Part shown: in pieces, positions 1 to 9,098 of the stretch
Layout: each line of letters starts with the position of its first letter
How positions within the stretch are numbered: the stretch's first letter is position 1
Source of the DNA: an uncultured Candidatus Actinomarina sp.
GTDB taxonomy: Bacteria > Actinomycetota > Acidimicrobiia > Actinomarinales > Actinomarinaceae
NCBI GenBank assembly: GCA_902593795.1
Contig: CACJJR010000004.1
Coordinates: forward strand, 47,086-111,085
Reading direction: 5' to 3'
DNA length: 64,000 nt
Translations under genes and position numbers: made by a program
Notes under the pieces: model-generated
Seen by the model: only the letters and a program-made list of their open reading frames with translations
The model's database searches: none
What the model was told of the DNA's origin: nothing

Positions 1-279
1 GGAACAAAACTAAGTGATACACATGGAATGAAAGCTGTCAAAAAAGAAGCTATTAAACAGTTTGTACCACAAGTTGTTTCTACACAGGATATTTTTGATA
101 CTGAATTATTAATTAGAATAGAAAAAAATGGTGGAAAAATAAAAGAAATTCCAGCAAAAATTAATGAGATTAGACCAAGCGTTTCATTGATTTATAAAAG
201 AATCCCAAGAACAATAAAAAGTTTGGTTAAATTAAAAATTATTTTTTACAAAGAATCCTTAAAAACAAAAAGCTTATAA
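1..279 (+). CDS. C-terminal fragment of a family-2 glycosyltransferase (polyprenol-phosphate sugar synthase-like); the 5' end lies outside the window
   Basis: Frame 1 is open from base 1 to the stop at 277-279. The tail (..DIFDTELLIRIEKNGGKIKEIPAKINE..) resembles the C-terminal part of DPM1/GtrB-type GT2 enzymes. It lies next to GtrA-like and GT-C-like genes. Confidence 0.5.
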   Translation, partial: GTKLSDTHGMKAVKKEAIKQFVPQVVSTQDIFDTELLIRIEKNGGKIKEIPAKINEIRPSVSLIYKRIPRTIKSLVKLKIIFYKESLKTKSL

Positions 280-710
280 ATCAAATATTTTAAAGGTAAT
301 ATTGCACCATTAATTAAAATTGTAATTATGAGAAACCATGCTTCATCTTTTTGCAAGTCATCATTTATGAAATTGATTATGAACCAAATTAAATTTGGTG
401 CAAATAAACTAATTAAGTTTGTATAGGAAAAATTCATAAACTCTTTTAATTTTCCTCCGAAAAAACTAAATTTAAAAATTATTCTTCTAGATAAATAATA
501 TGAAATCACTACTCCGATTAAAAATGCCAATACATTCGTTAAGTAAGTTCTCAGAGGGAATGAAATAAAAGTAAGAAGCCAAAATTGAAATAAATATGTC
601 AAAGTTAAACCAATCATCAGATTTATAGCACCCACAATATAAGTTCTAAAAAGCTGCATTAATGAAGTGTCGCTTTGAAAAACTTTTAGCGACTTAAGCT
701 TATTCAACAT
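246..710 (-). CDS. GtrA-family small membrane protein (putative lipid-linked sugar translocation component)
   Basis: 154 aa with about four hydrophobic helices. The N-terminal LFRTYIVGAINLMIGL resembles the GtrA-family F-x-R-[FY]-x-x-V-G segment. Its start overlaps the upstream membrane protein gene by 11 nt. Confidence 0.5.
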   Translation of the reverse strand: MLNKLKSLKVFQSDTSLMQLFRTYIVGAINLMIGLTLTYLFQFWLLTFISFPLRTYLTNVLAFLIGVVISYYLSRRIIFKFSFFGGKLKEFMNFSYTNLISLFAPNLIWFIINFINDDLQKDEAWFLIITILINGAILPLKYLIYKLFVFKDSL

Positions 711-2886
711 TATTGATCCTTTTTTTAAATGAGTAAGTTATAAGTAAAGCACCAAAAAGAGCAAAAAACGATAAGAAATTAAGAGATTTTTCAACGTTAG
801 TGGACTCGAATTTTATTTCTACAAACTCTTCGCTAGGAACAACCGCCATAAAAGATGGGGAGATTCTAAAAGGTCCTTCACCACTTGTAATTTTCCAATT
901 TGGAAAATAGGAAACTTTAATTAAATGGAGTTGATTTGGTTTATTTGTTTTAAAAGTTATTAAGTCATTCTCTATATTTAATTCGCTAATTGAAAGTTCA
1001 GTATTTTTATCACTTGACACTGAAAAACTTTTATCATAGTTTTCAATTATTTTATAGTTTGTTTCATCTTTAAAGCTTTCAAATGCAGCATCAAAAAAAT
1101 TTTGTTCACTACTGTTTCTTAAAATTGCATTTTTAAGACGCCCGTAAAAATCTGGACTTTCGAATAAATATAACTCATTTTCAATTAATTCCACTTTCTC
1201 AGTTTTGATCGAATAAACATTAAAAACTTCATTTGAAAACAAAAAATTAAAATTTTCGTTCATATCTGCTTTATCTTTAATTGATGCTGTGTATGCAATA
1301 AAATAATCTACGCCTAATTCATTCATTAATCTAAAACCTTTTTCAAATTCGCCATTGATATAAGTTAAGCCACCAACTGGGTTAGAAGGCCTTTCAGCAA
1401 GTCCAGAAACTGTTAAAAAATGAAATGGTGTTGTTATGCTTGAATCAAAATATAAACCTTCAACACTTTGGTGTTCTGTAAACATTGGGATAGTCATTAA
1501 AACCATAGGTGTACCATATTTGTTTAAATCAGAATTTGGTTCCCACATTATTCGACCTGGTTCAAGTTCCGCTAAGCCCTCATAAAGAGTAGTGATGTCT
1601 GTCCAGTTGCCTTTACTTTCATAGCCGGTAAAATTCCAATTCAACCAGTGTGGTAAATAGCTTAAAGTTGCAAAGGTGAGAGATAGAAGGGTGGTATATA
1701 TTAAAAAGTTATTAGAGTTTATTGAAATAACAGTCATAATTAAAATTATTAAAATTACACTTATGGTTGTTGTTGTATATGTATTACCCCATTTGGAATA
1801 ATATAAATATATTAAATAAGAGTTGATAAATAAAATAAACAAAAGCCAAGGAAACTTGCCCTGTATTTTTTTAAATAAATTTTTTATTTCAAAATCTAAT
1901 AAATTAAAAAATAGAAATATTATTCCTAGGTTGAAAAAAGGAACAATTCTGCCATTCCAAAGAGCGCTTTCAGGTCCATAAAAAAATAAAAATATTGAAA
2001 TAAATATTAGATAAACTTCAAATCCAGAAATAGCATTTAAAGAAGACTTTCTAGTATTAGCAATAATATAAATTAATCCACCAATAGCAAATGGAAGAAT
2101 ATCAGATTTTATTAAATCTGAGATCTGAGTGTAAGGGGTGTATGTCATGTTTGTAGTGAATTCAAGGTTTAAAAATAGTGAAATAGAAAATCTCATAGAA
2201 ATAAACAAAAACAATAAAAATGCAGAAGTTTTTTTATAAATTTTTACATCACTTTTCAAAAAATAAAATGAAAATATTGGTAAATAAATCATGAAAGGAA
2301 TTAAATGTGAAAGAACGGACAATCCTATAAACAGAGAGGCGATCTCTGTACTAAATTTATATTTTGACTTTAACAAATAAAATATTGATAAATTAGCAAA
2401 AGCAATTGAGTAAGTAAAAGAGTACTGTCCAGCAAGAGATGAAGCTAAATTACCCCCAAAAATTGTAAAAGATTCAGTGAGTAAATAAATTAACCCTACG
2501 GTAAAACCATAAAATGAAAATTGTTTTATATTTTTCCTCATAAGCATTTCAATAGAAGTCACCAATAGAACCTGGGAAAGCAACACCATGGCTTTGAAAG
2601 AAATTGAAAAGGGAAATACAAAATTAAACAAACTAGTAATAATTGGAGGAAGGGGAAAGTAAAAGTAATAAATTGGATAACCTGCAAACCAGTCTTGAGA
2701 CCATCCGCTTAATTTAAAATTATTAAACAGTTCAGTTACAAAAAACTTTGTCGGTACAATGTGCGCCCCCATGTCCCCTCCAGTTGGAAGCAAATCTGAA
2801 AAAACTAACTCGACTCGCAAAAAAATTACAAGCAAGGAGCCCAAAGCAACTTTTAAAAAAACTTCACTTTTATTTACATTAAGCAT
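700..2886 (-). CDS. Large polytopic membrane protein, GT-C-fold glycosyltransferase-like (PTPS-related/COG5617-like)
   Basis: 728 aa. Many hydrophobic helices fill the first ~430 aa, followed by a ~270-aa soluble domain and a C-terminal anchor. The N-terminal LLPTGGDMGAHI...WFAGYPIYYFYFPLPP resembles the conserved start of that family. Assignment is by motif only. Confidence 0.45.
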   Translation of the reverse strand: MLNVNKSEVFLKVALGSLLVIFLRVELVFSDLLPTGGDMGAHIVPTKFFVTELFNNFKLSGWSQDWFAGYPIYYFYFPLPPIITSLFNFVFPFSISFKAMVLLSQVLLVTSIEMLMRKNIKQFSFYGFTVGLIYLLTESFTIFGGNLASSLAGQYSFTYSIAFANLSIFYLLKSKYKFSTEIASLFIGLSVLSHLIPFMIYLPIFSFYFLKSDVKIYKKTSAFLLFLFISMRFSISLFLNLEFTTNMTYTPYTQISDLIKSDILPFAIGGLIYIIANTRKSSLNAISGFEVYLIFISIFLFFYGPESALWNGRIVPFFNLGIIFLFFNLLDFEIKNLFKKIQGKFPWLLFILFINSYLIYLYYSKWGNTYTTTTISVILIILIMTVISINSNNFLIYTTLLSLTFATLSYLPHWLNWNFTGYESKGNWTDITTLYEGLAELEPGRIMWEPNSDLNKYGTPMVLMTIPMFTEHQSVEGLYFDSSITTPFHFLTVSGLAERPSNPVGGLTYINGEFEKGFRLMNELGVDYFIAYTASIKDKADMNENFNFLFSNEVFNVYSIKTEKVELIENELYLFESPDFYGRLKNAILRNSSEQNFFDAAFESFKDETNYKIIENYDKSFSVSSDKNTELSISELNIENDLITFKTNKPNQLHLIKVSYFPNWKITSGEGPFRISPSFMAVVPSEEFVEIKFESTNVEKSLNFLSFFALFGALLITYSFKKRINNVE

Positions 2887-3127
2887 CGGTTAAATTTTTA
2901 CCTAAATATTTTGTTTTTCGTTTTCCGCTCTCAGTCCACTCTGCATACCAATAAGGTCCATGAGGACATGAATTACATGACTCTTTTCCACATTTTATTG
3001 ATTTTGTCCTATAAGAAACTTTTACATCAGATTTTATATTTAACTTATTGTCTACCAATAATTTAATTCTCTTTAAATCTGCTTCATCAAGTTCAGATAA
3101 TCCTTCTAGAATATCTTTGTCTATCAT
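2879..3127 (-). CDS. Small zinc-ribbon-like protein of unknown function
   Basis: 82 aa with KCGKESCNSCPHGPYWYAEW (C-x4-C-x2-C-x-H followed by GPYWY). Its stop overlaps the start of the GT-C-like gene by 8 nt, consistent with translational coupling. Confidence 0.5.
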   Translation of the reverse strand: MIDKDILEGLSELDEADLKRIKLLVDNKLNIKSDVKVSYRTKSIKCGKESCNSCPHGPYWYAEWTESGKRKTKYLGKNLTDA

Positions 3128-3172
3128 TACTAAAATGTTAGTTGAAAGGTAAGAGTTTTAAGGTTCTTAAAA

Positions 3173-4069
3173 ATGAAAAAAATTGTATATTTAAGCGGCG
3201 GTATTGGAGGTGCTAAGTTTGCAAAAGGATTAAGCAAAATTAAGAATATTAACTTATCAATAATCGTTAATACGGGTGATGATGAATATATACATGGGGT
3301 AGCTCTTTCACCTGACATTGACTCTGTAATTTATGGCTTAGCAAATATAGAAGGAAAATATGGTTGGGGTGTAATAAATGATAAATTCTCCGTAAATAAT
3401 GAGTTGAAAAAATTTTATAATTTAAATTTTATGATTGGTGATAAAGATCTAGCTCTTAATTTATATAGAAATCAAATGTTAAGTGAAGGTTTGAAACTTA
3501 CAGAAATTACAGAATTAATAAAAAATAAATTTAATATTAACTGCGATATCCTTCCAATGTCTGATGATAAAGTAAGTACAAAACTCACTACAAAAAAAGG
3601 TGAAAAATTAAATTTTCAAAATTACTTTGTTGAGAAAAAAGCAAAACCAAGATTGAAAAATGTCGTATATGAAGGATCTAGGAAAGCAAGGGTCTCAAAA
3701 CACCTTTTAGGTATTATCAATCAAAGCGATATTTTGATTATTGGCCCTTCAAATCCAATACTTTCTATTGGTCCTATTCTTTCCTTAAGTGTAATTAATC
3801 AAGCAATTCAAAACCATAATAATGTTGTAGCTATTAGTCCTTTTGTGGGTAAAAAGGCTCTTAAAGGCCCCTCTGTTCAAAACTTCATTGATATGGGATA
3901 CACTCCAGATATACAAGGGTTAAAGAAATACTATAAAAATCGGGTTAATAAATTTTTTGTAAACCATGGCGATTCTGATAACTCTCTGAATGTCTTCGAA
4001 GAACAAATTGTTTTTAAAAATGAAATTGACTCAAAAAATTTAGCTAATAGGATATTGCAAAATGAATGA
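3173..4069 (+). CDS. cofD: 2-phospho-L-lactate (or EPPG) transferase, F420 biosynthesis
   Basis: 298 aa with an N-terminal YLSGGIGGAKF glycine loop and CofD/FbiA-like length and layout. It overlaps cofE by 8 nt. Confidence 0.85.
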   Translation: MKKIVYLSGGIGGAKFAKGLSKIKNINLSIIVNTGDDEYIHGVALSPDIDSVIYGLANIEGKYGWGVINDKFSVNNELKKFYNLNFMIGDKDLALNLYRNQMLSEGLKLTEITELIKNKFNINCDILPMSDDKVSTKLTTKKGEKLNFQNYFVEKKAKPRLKNVVYEGSRKARVSKHLLGIINQSDILIIGPSNPILSIGPILSLSVINQAIQNHNNVVAISPFVGKKALKGPSVQNFIDMGYTPDIQGLKKYYKNRVNKFFVNHGDSDNSLNVFEEQIVFKNEIDSKNLANRILQNE

Positions 4070-4760
4070 AGTAAGAGTGATACCTGTTCAAGGAATTCCA
4101 GAAATTAAAACTGATGATAACCTAGCTGAAATCACATTTGAAGTTTTGAAAAAAAATAAAGTAACTATAGAAAAAAATGACATTTTTGTAGTTACTCAGA
4201 AAATTGTATCTAAAAGCGAGGGTATGGAGAGAGATCTTTCAAAATTTAATCTTGAAGAACTATTGCAAAGCGAATCTAAAAAAATTATAAGAAAAAGAGG
4301 AGATTTGGTTATAGCAAAGACAAACCATGGATTTATTTGTGCAAATGCTGGGATTGATAAGTCAAACGTTAGAAAAAATACAGCCTTACTACTCCCAGAA
4401 GATCCTAATAAATCAGCAAATAAATTTCAAAAAAGATTTGAATCTTTAGCGAATGTACCAATTGCCGTTATTATTTCTGATACATTTGGTAGAGCATGGA
4501 GAAAGGGTCAGGTTAATTTTGCAATTGGCTCATCAGGCATCAACCCTATTGACAGTTATATTGGTAAATTTGACAGTTTTGATAATGAACTTAACGCTAC
4601 AGAAATTGCAGTTATTGATGAGCTAGCAAGCGCTGCAGAGCTAGTAATGAAGAAAACTATTGATATACCTATAGCAATTATTAGAGGAGTTGATTATGAA
4701 AATTCAAAACTTACTGCAAACGAGTTAATAAGAGATGACAATGAAGACTTTTTTCTTTAA
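4062..4760 (+). CDS. cofE: F420-0:gamma-glutamyl ligase, single-domain CofE type
   Basis: 232 aa with a CofE-like core (VVTQKIVSKSEG, ANAGIDKSN, ISDTFGRAWRKGQ). It is co-directional with cofD and overlaps it. Confidence 0.8.
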   Translation: MNEVRVIPVQGIPEIKTDDNLAEITFEVLKKNKVTIEKNDIFVVTQKIVSKSEGMERDLSKFNLEELLQSESKKIIRKRGDLVIAKTNHGFICANAGIDKSNVRKNTALLLPEDPNKSANKFQKRFESLANVPIAVIISDTFGRAWRKGQVNFAIGSSGINPIDSYIGKFDSFDNELNATEIAVIDELASAAELVMKKTIDIPIAIIRGVDYENSKLTANELIRDDNEDFFL

Positions 4761-5680
4761 GTTCTTAACCAGTTGAACACTGCTTTCATACCATCATCTA
4801 AACTGTATTCTGGTTCCCATCCCAAATCTTTTTTTGCTTTTGCATTATTCAATACACTACGATTTAATTCACCTTTTCTTGCAGGTTTGTAAACAGGGTT
4901 AATATCAGAATTAAATTGTATTTTCATAGAATTTGCGAGATCATTCACTGATGTTTCAACACCTGTGCCTATATTTAAAAAATGATTCTGCTCAATTTTT
5001 GATGCTTTTGTTAATGCGCTGACAACATCTTTTACATATATATAATCTCTAGTTTGTTCTCCATCTCCATAGATTATTGGTTCTTCATTGTTTAAATACT
5101 TGTTAGCAAATATCGAAACTACTCCTGCCTCTCCATAGGGATCTTGCCTTGGACCATACACATTAGACAAATTTAAAATAGAATATTTTAAATTTGAATT
5201 TTTAGTCATAATCTTTATTAACTCGTTCAATCTTTTTTTAGCGACTCCATAGGGCGATTCGGGCTCGTCCGCATAATCTTCCTCAGCTGTAGGAATCACC
5301 GTAGGTTCACCAAAAATAGTTCCTCCAGATGAAGTAAATACTAATTTTTTACAGTTAGATTTTAAAAGAACTTGAATTAACTTGATAGGCTGTAAAATAT
5401 TATGCTCAAAATCAAGTGCTGGGTCTTCAACAGATATTACAACTGAAGATTGAGCAGCAAGATGGAAACATATGTCTGGATCAAATTTTTCTATTTCTTC
5501 TAAAGAGCTTTCAGAACCAAAGTCGTCATTTATAAATTTAAAATTACCGCTGATATCTAAATTTTCTTTTTTACCAGTTAAACAATTATCAAAAATTAGA
5601 ATTTCATTCTCATTACCTAAAAGTTCTTCAACAAGATGAGAGCCAATGAAGCCTGCTCCTCCTGTTATTAAAATTTTCAT
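4757..5680 (-). CDS. NAD-dependent nucleotide-sugar epimerase (GalE-like)
   Basis: 307 aa with a Rossmann GGAGFIGSH loop and a catalytic Y-x3-K (SPYGVAKK). Confidence 0.8.
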   Translation of the reverse strand: MKILITGGAGFIGSHLVEELLGNENEILIFDNCLTGKKENLDISGNFKFINDDFGSESSLEEIEKFDPDICFHLAAQSSVVISVEDPALDFEHNILQPIKLIQVLLKSNCKKLVFTSSGGTIFGEPTVIPTAEEDYADEPESPYGVAKKRLNELIKIMTKNSNLKYSILNLSNVYGPRQDPYGEAGVVSIFANKYLNNEEPIIYGDGEQTRDYIYVKDVVSALTKASKIEQNHFLNIGTGVETSVNDLANSMKIQFNSDINPVYKPARKGELNRSVLNNAKAKKDLGWEPEYSLDDGMKAVFNWLRT

Positions 5681-5683
5681 CTT

Positions 5684-6562
5684 CTAATTTGTCCTTATTA
5701 TTTCTTTGTTAATAATAGAGTTATTGGTAATAATTGAATTACTACTAATAATTGAATCAGTAATTGTTACACTATCTTCAATTATGCAGTTATCCAAAAT
5801 GACGCTATTTTTTATCGTCGCACTTTCACTGATTTGCACATTATTTTGAGATATCCAATTTTCTTCACCTTTGGAAACATGTGCGGAAATGTATGATTCT
5901 AAAGTTCCCACATCCAACATACCTCCACTGACAGTATATGTATTTAATAAACCAGCTTTAGATAATTCTGGAAAAACCTGTCTTTCAAAGGAGCATGGAA
6001 TTTCAAGACTTTTATATATTTTTAAAATATCTTTTTTATAAAGGTGATACAAACCCAGACTTATTTTATTTCCATAAGTACTGTCTTTTGGTTTTTCTAT
6101 AAATTCCTCTACTTTGTTATCAGGATTTATTTTTAATACTCCAAATCTTGTTGGGTCTTTCACTTCAAATGATCCGATCAAAGAATTAGAGCATTTTGTA
6201 GAAGCTGCAATGAAGTTATGTAAATCTACATTTAATAATAGATCTCCATTCATGCAGTAAAAAGAGTCTGGCAATGAATCTAAATTTTCAACAATATATC
6301 CTGCTGTGTCTAACTTAGTTTTTTCAAAATGCAAATTCACACTTTTGTTGTGATTGATTTTATAGTCTCTCCATAATTCTTCATGTTTGATTGAACAAAT
6401 CAAATTAAAATTAAATCTTTCTACATTTGAAAATTCTTTAATAATTTTATCAATTATTCTTTCTCCCCTAATGGTGAGCAAAGCTTTGGGTATTCCAGAG
6501 GAAAGTGGTTGAAGTCTAGTTGCTTCACCTCCTACTAATAAATATATTTCATTCATCTTCAT
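5684..6562 (-). CDS. Sugar-1-phosphate nucleotidyltransferase with a C-terminal hexapeptide-repeat tail
   Basis: 292 aa with an N-terminal LVGGEATRLQPL...PKALL signature. The C-terminus is rich in [LIV]-x-x-x-x-x repeats (VILDNCIIEDSVTITDSIISSNSII). Confidence 0.7.
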   Translation of the reverse strand: MKMNEIYLLVGGEATRLQPLSSGIPKALLTIRGERIIDKIIKEFSNVERFNFNLICSIKHEELWRDYKINHNKSVNLHFEKTKLDTAGYIVENLDSLPDSFYCMNGDLLLNVDLHNFIAASTKCSNSLIGSFEVKDPTRFGVLKINPDNKVEEFIEKPKDSTYGNKISLGLYHLYKKDILKIYKSLEIPCSFERQVFPELSKAGLLNTYTVSGGMLDVGTLESYISAHVSKGEENWISQNNVQISESATIKNSVILDNCIIEDSVTITDSIISSNSIITNNSIINKEIIRTN

Positions 6563-7934
6563 TAAGAATATTAAAAAATATATTTAAATCATCATCTTTT
6601 TCTAAGTTTATAATTTTATCCCAAATATTTGATGCTTTTTCAGCTTCAAATACGGATTTAACATTTCTAAGAAACTTATCTTTCAACAAAGGAACTGCTT
6701 CATGTCTTCTTGAAGGATGGCCTATTGGATTTTCTATAGTAATTTTTTCTGAAATAGAATTATCAATATATTCAATTTCTATTGAGTTTGATATGTGTCT
6801 CTTTGAAAATTCATAATAATCTTTCGTAAATTTTGGTTCTTCAGTAACAAATATTTTTTTTCTTAAATTGTTAATATTTTCGAATCCTTCAAAACTGTCC
6901 TCATACATTTCGTATTTTAATTCTCCATAGAGAAGTGCAGCAGCAACCATATACTCGAGGCTATGGTCTCTATCAGAAGCATTTTTTAAAACTTCTTTGT
7001 TAGATATTATCCTTACTGCAGGTTCGTGTGTATATATATTTATCTTTTCAACCTTATTTATATTTTTATTAAATTCTTTACTTAGCTTTATTGCTGCTTC
7101 GACTGCAGACTGACCATGGAACTCGGCAGGAAATAAAACTTTAAATAATATATTTTGAATAACCCAATTGTTAAGTTCTTTTCCAAATTCTAATTTTGAG
7201 TTATCCAAGAAACTAGATTCAAATCCCCAGTTATTTTCGTTTTGAACAGATTCATAAATTTCATCTTCATAGGCGCTTATAATTGCAAGTTCAATACCTC
7301 TTTTAGAGGCGTCTGCAGCTGCCCAGCTTTTTCTCTTTCCAACATTTGGAAAATGCCTGTATGCCCTCAGACTAGGTCCATCTAAAAGTATATTATTTAC
7401 TGTTCTTCTAGTAGCTTCTATATCACCATTGTTAACTAAATGCGAAAAAACAGAACCTGAAGCAAGCTTTACATAAAAAACGTGATCATATCCTAATTTG
7501 TTTAATGATGTTCCTAAACATAAAGAACCCTGTATCTCATATGCTTTTGTAAGAGAATTTACAAAATCATGAAATTTATAATTATTGTTTTTATAAAAAT
7601 AACTAAAAATTGCTCCAAAATTATCTGAAGGATGTGCCCACTCATTTGCCAAAAAAGTGTCATTATAATCAAACCATCTAGTCAACACAGTAAGATACCA
7701 AGAGATATTCTCATAACTTTCATTGGTAGTTAAATTTTTAAATGGATTTTTAAAATTTAGACTTAAGTTGTTATTTGAAGCAAATTCGATAACTTCTTCA
7801 TTACTACTAGCTTCAAATATGCATCCTATAGTATCTAAAATCGCTAATTTTGATGAGAAAAGGTGATTGTCATCTTGCATTAAATCATTAGATATATATT
7901 CAGTAATTACATAATCTAAATTGTTAGAATTCAA
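6549..7934 (-). CDS. prpD: MmgE/PrpD-family dehydratase (2-methylcitrate dehydratase-like)
   Basis: 461 aa with PrpD-family length and N-terminal layout. It lies directly downstream of a citrate/2-methylcitrate synthase gene. Confidence 0.7.
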   Translation of the reverse strand: MNSNNLDYVITEYISNDLMQDDNHLFSSKLAILDTIGCIFEASSNEEVIEFASNNNLSLNFKNPFKNLTTNESYENISWYLTVLTRWFDYNDTFLANEWAHPSDNFGAIFSYFYKNNNYKFHDFVNSLTKAYEIQGSLCLGTSLNKLGYDHVFYVKLASGSVFSHLVNNGDIEATRRTVNNILLDGPSLRAYRHFPNVGKRKSWAAADASKRGIELAIISAYEDEIYESVQNENNWGFESSFLDNSKLEFGKELNNWVIQNILFKVLFPAEFHGQSAVEAAIKLSKEFNKNINKVEKINIYTHEPAVRIISNKEVLKNASDRDHSLEYMVAAALLYGELKYEMYEDSFEGFENINNLRKKIFVTEEPKFTKDYYEFSKRHISNSIEIEYIDNSISEKITIENPIGHPSRRHEAVPLLKDKFLRNVKSVFEAEKASNIWDKIINLEKDDDLNIFFNILNEDE

Positions 7935-7937
7935 AAA

Positions 7938-9008
7938 TTATCTTTCTGAAGGCCCGATATATTTAGCCGCAGGTCTAATCAAGATATCTTGTTCTCTTTG
8001 TTCAAAATAATGTGATGCCCAACCTACTGAACGCCCAGCAACAAATATCGGAGTAAATAAATCCACTTCAAATCCAAGCTCAGATAGAAGAAGACCGCCA
8101 TAAAAATCTACATTTGGAAAAAGATTTTTTTCTTCATCCATAACTTCATCTATTTTTTGTGCTATTTCAAATCGTGTTTTAGATGCTTCGTTATTCGAGA
8201 GTTTTGCAACCCAATTTTTTACAATTGGACTCCTGGGATCCTGTACTTTATACACACCATGTCCAAATCCCATAATTTTGGTTTTTTTCTCCAAAAGTTC
8301 TTTTATTCCTTTTTCAGCATCTTCTAATGTTTCAAAAGAGTTAATGAGTTCAACTGCTCTTTCATTAGCGCCGCCATGTAGTTCTCCTTTTAGCGTTGCA
8401 ATCCCAGAGACAATTGCACCTGTTAGGTCTGCTCTAGTAGAAGCAGTAACTCGTGTAGCAAAGGTAGAAGCATTAAAGCCATGTTCTGCATATAAAATTA
8501 ACATGTCATCTAGCGCTTCTAATTTTTCTTTTGATGCTCCATTAGGAAGGAGTGAACTAGCAACTAAATACTGGCTGTCTAATTCATCTGTACCTTCATT
8601 GTGGTAAGAGGCAATGATGTAACATACAATTGCGCTAATTCTTGCAGACAACTCTGTTTTATCTTCAGTGTCTAAACTCTGTTTTCTTAATGTTGTTAAT
8701 TCACCTTTATACGAAACAATTGTCCTCACAACATCCATAGGGTGAAGCTTTTCTTTTATTTCTAGCAACAACTCATTTAATTTAATATCTTTAATAGTTT
8801 CTAAATAATATTTTGAAAAGCTTTTTTTAAAATTTTTATCATCTAAAGTGTTTGTAAGAATAAGGGCTGCAACTTCTTCGTATGTATTTTTCGATGTGAG
8901 CTCAGTTGCGTCGTAACCTCTGTATCTGAGTGAAGTACCCTCTTTACCAACAGTAGAAATTGCTGTTTCTCCTGCAACAACTCCTCTTAAGCCAGGTGAA
9001 TAATCCAT
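7938..9008 (-). CDS. Short-type citrate synthase / 2-methylcitrate synthase
   Basis: 356 aa with SPGLRGVVAGETAIS, LYAEHGFNAST, GELHGGANE and MGFGHGVYK motifs typical of citrate synthases. Confidence 0.85.
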   Translation of the reverse strand: MDYSPGLRGVVAGETAISTVGKEGTSLRYRGYDATELTSKNTYEEVAALILTNTLDDKNFKKSFSKYYLETIKDIKLNELLLEIKEKLHPMDVVRTIVSYKGELTTLRKQSLDTEDKTELSARISAIVCYIIASYHNEGTDELDSQYLVASSLLPNGASKEKLEALDDMLILYAEHGFNASTFATRVTASTRADLTGAIVSGIATLKGELHGGANERAVELINSFETLEDAEKGIKELLEKKTKIMGFGHGVYKVQDPRSPIVKNWVAKLSNNEASKTRFEIAQKIDEVMDEEKNLFPNVDFYGGLLLSELGFEVDLFTPIFVAGRSVGWASHYFEQREQDILIRPAAKYIGPSER

Positions 9009-9010
9009 CG

Positions 9011-9022
9011 GTACAATTGTAC
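9011..9022. promoter_or_regulatory. Perfect 12-bp palindrome GTACAATTGTAC abutting the citrate synthase start codon
   Basis: Read directly. The palindrome starts 3 nt upstream of the ATG at 9008 and occupies the position where a Shine-Dalgarno would be expected. Confidence 0.3.
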
Positions 9023-9098
9023 ATTATTAAAACATATAAGGCTAGAAATTTAACTCTACAAAGTAATTGTTTATGCTTAATATGATTATCATTTTGAT

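Noticed and set aside
3130-3318. 62-codon ORF on the - strand overlapping the cofD start
   Set aside because: It lies antisense to the well-supported N-terminus of cofD and spans the divergent promoter gap. Its sequence is low-complexity and unlike other proteins here, so I treat it as a spurious ORF.
8278-8607. 109-codon + strand ORF inside the citrate synthase gene. The same applies to similar antisense ORFs at 6520-6816, 9110-9421, 11109-11378, 12975-13229, 13346-13549, 15993-16250, 17128-17385, 18092-18298, 19559-19774, 20245-20589, 30127-30321, 30957-31157, 34296-34508, 35305-35541, 37057-37386, 39399-39581, 39748-39933, 40829-41038, 45589-45819, 46588-46923, 53157-53354, 53836-54060, 54472-54708, 55784-56029, 58210-58470 and 61228-61491.
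   Set aside because: Each lies entirely or mostly antisense to, or out of frame within, a longer ORF that has clear family motifs. Their translations are S/L/F/C-rich mirror-frame artefacts with no recognisable motifs.
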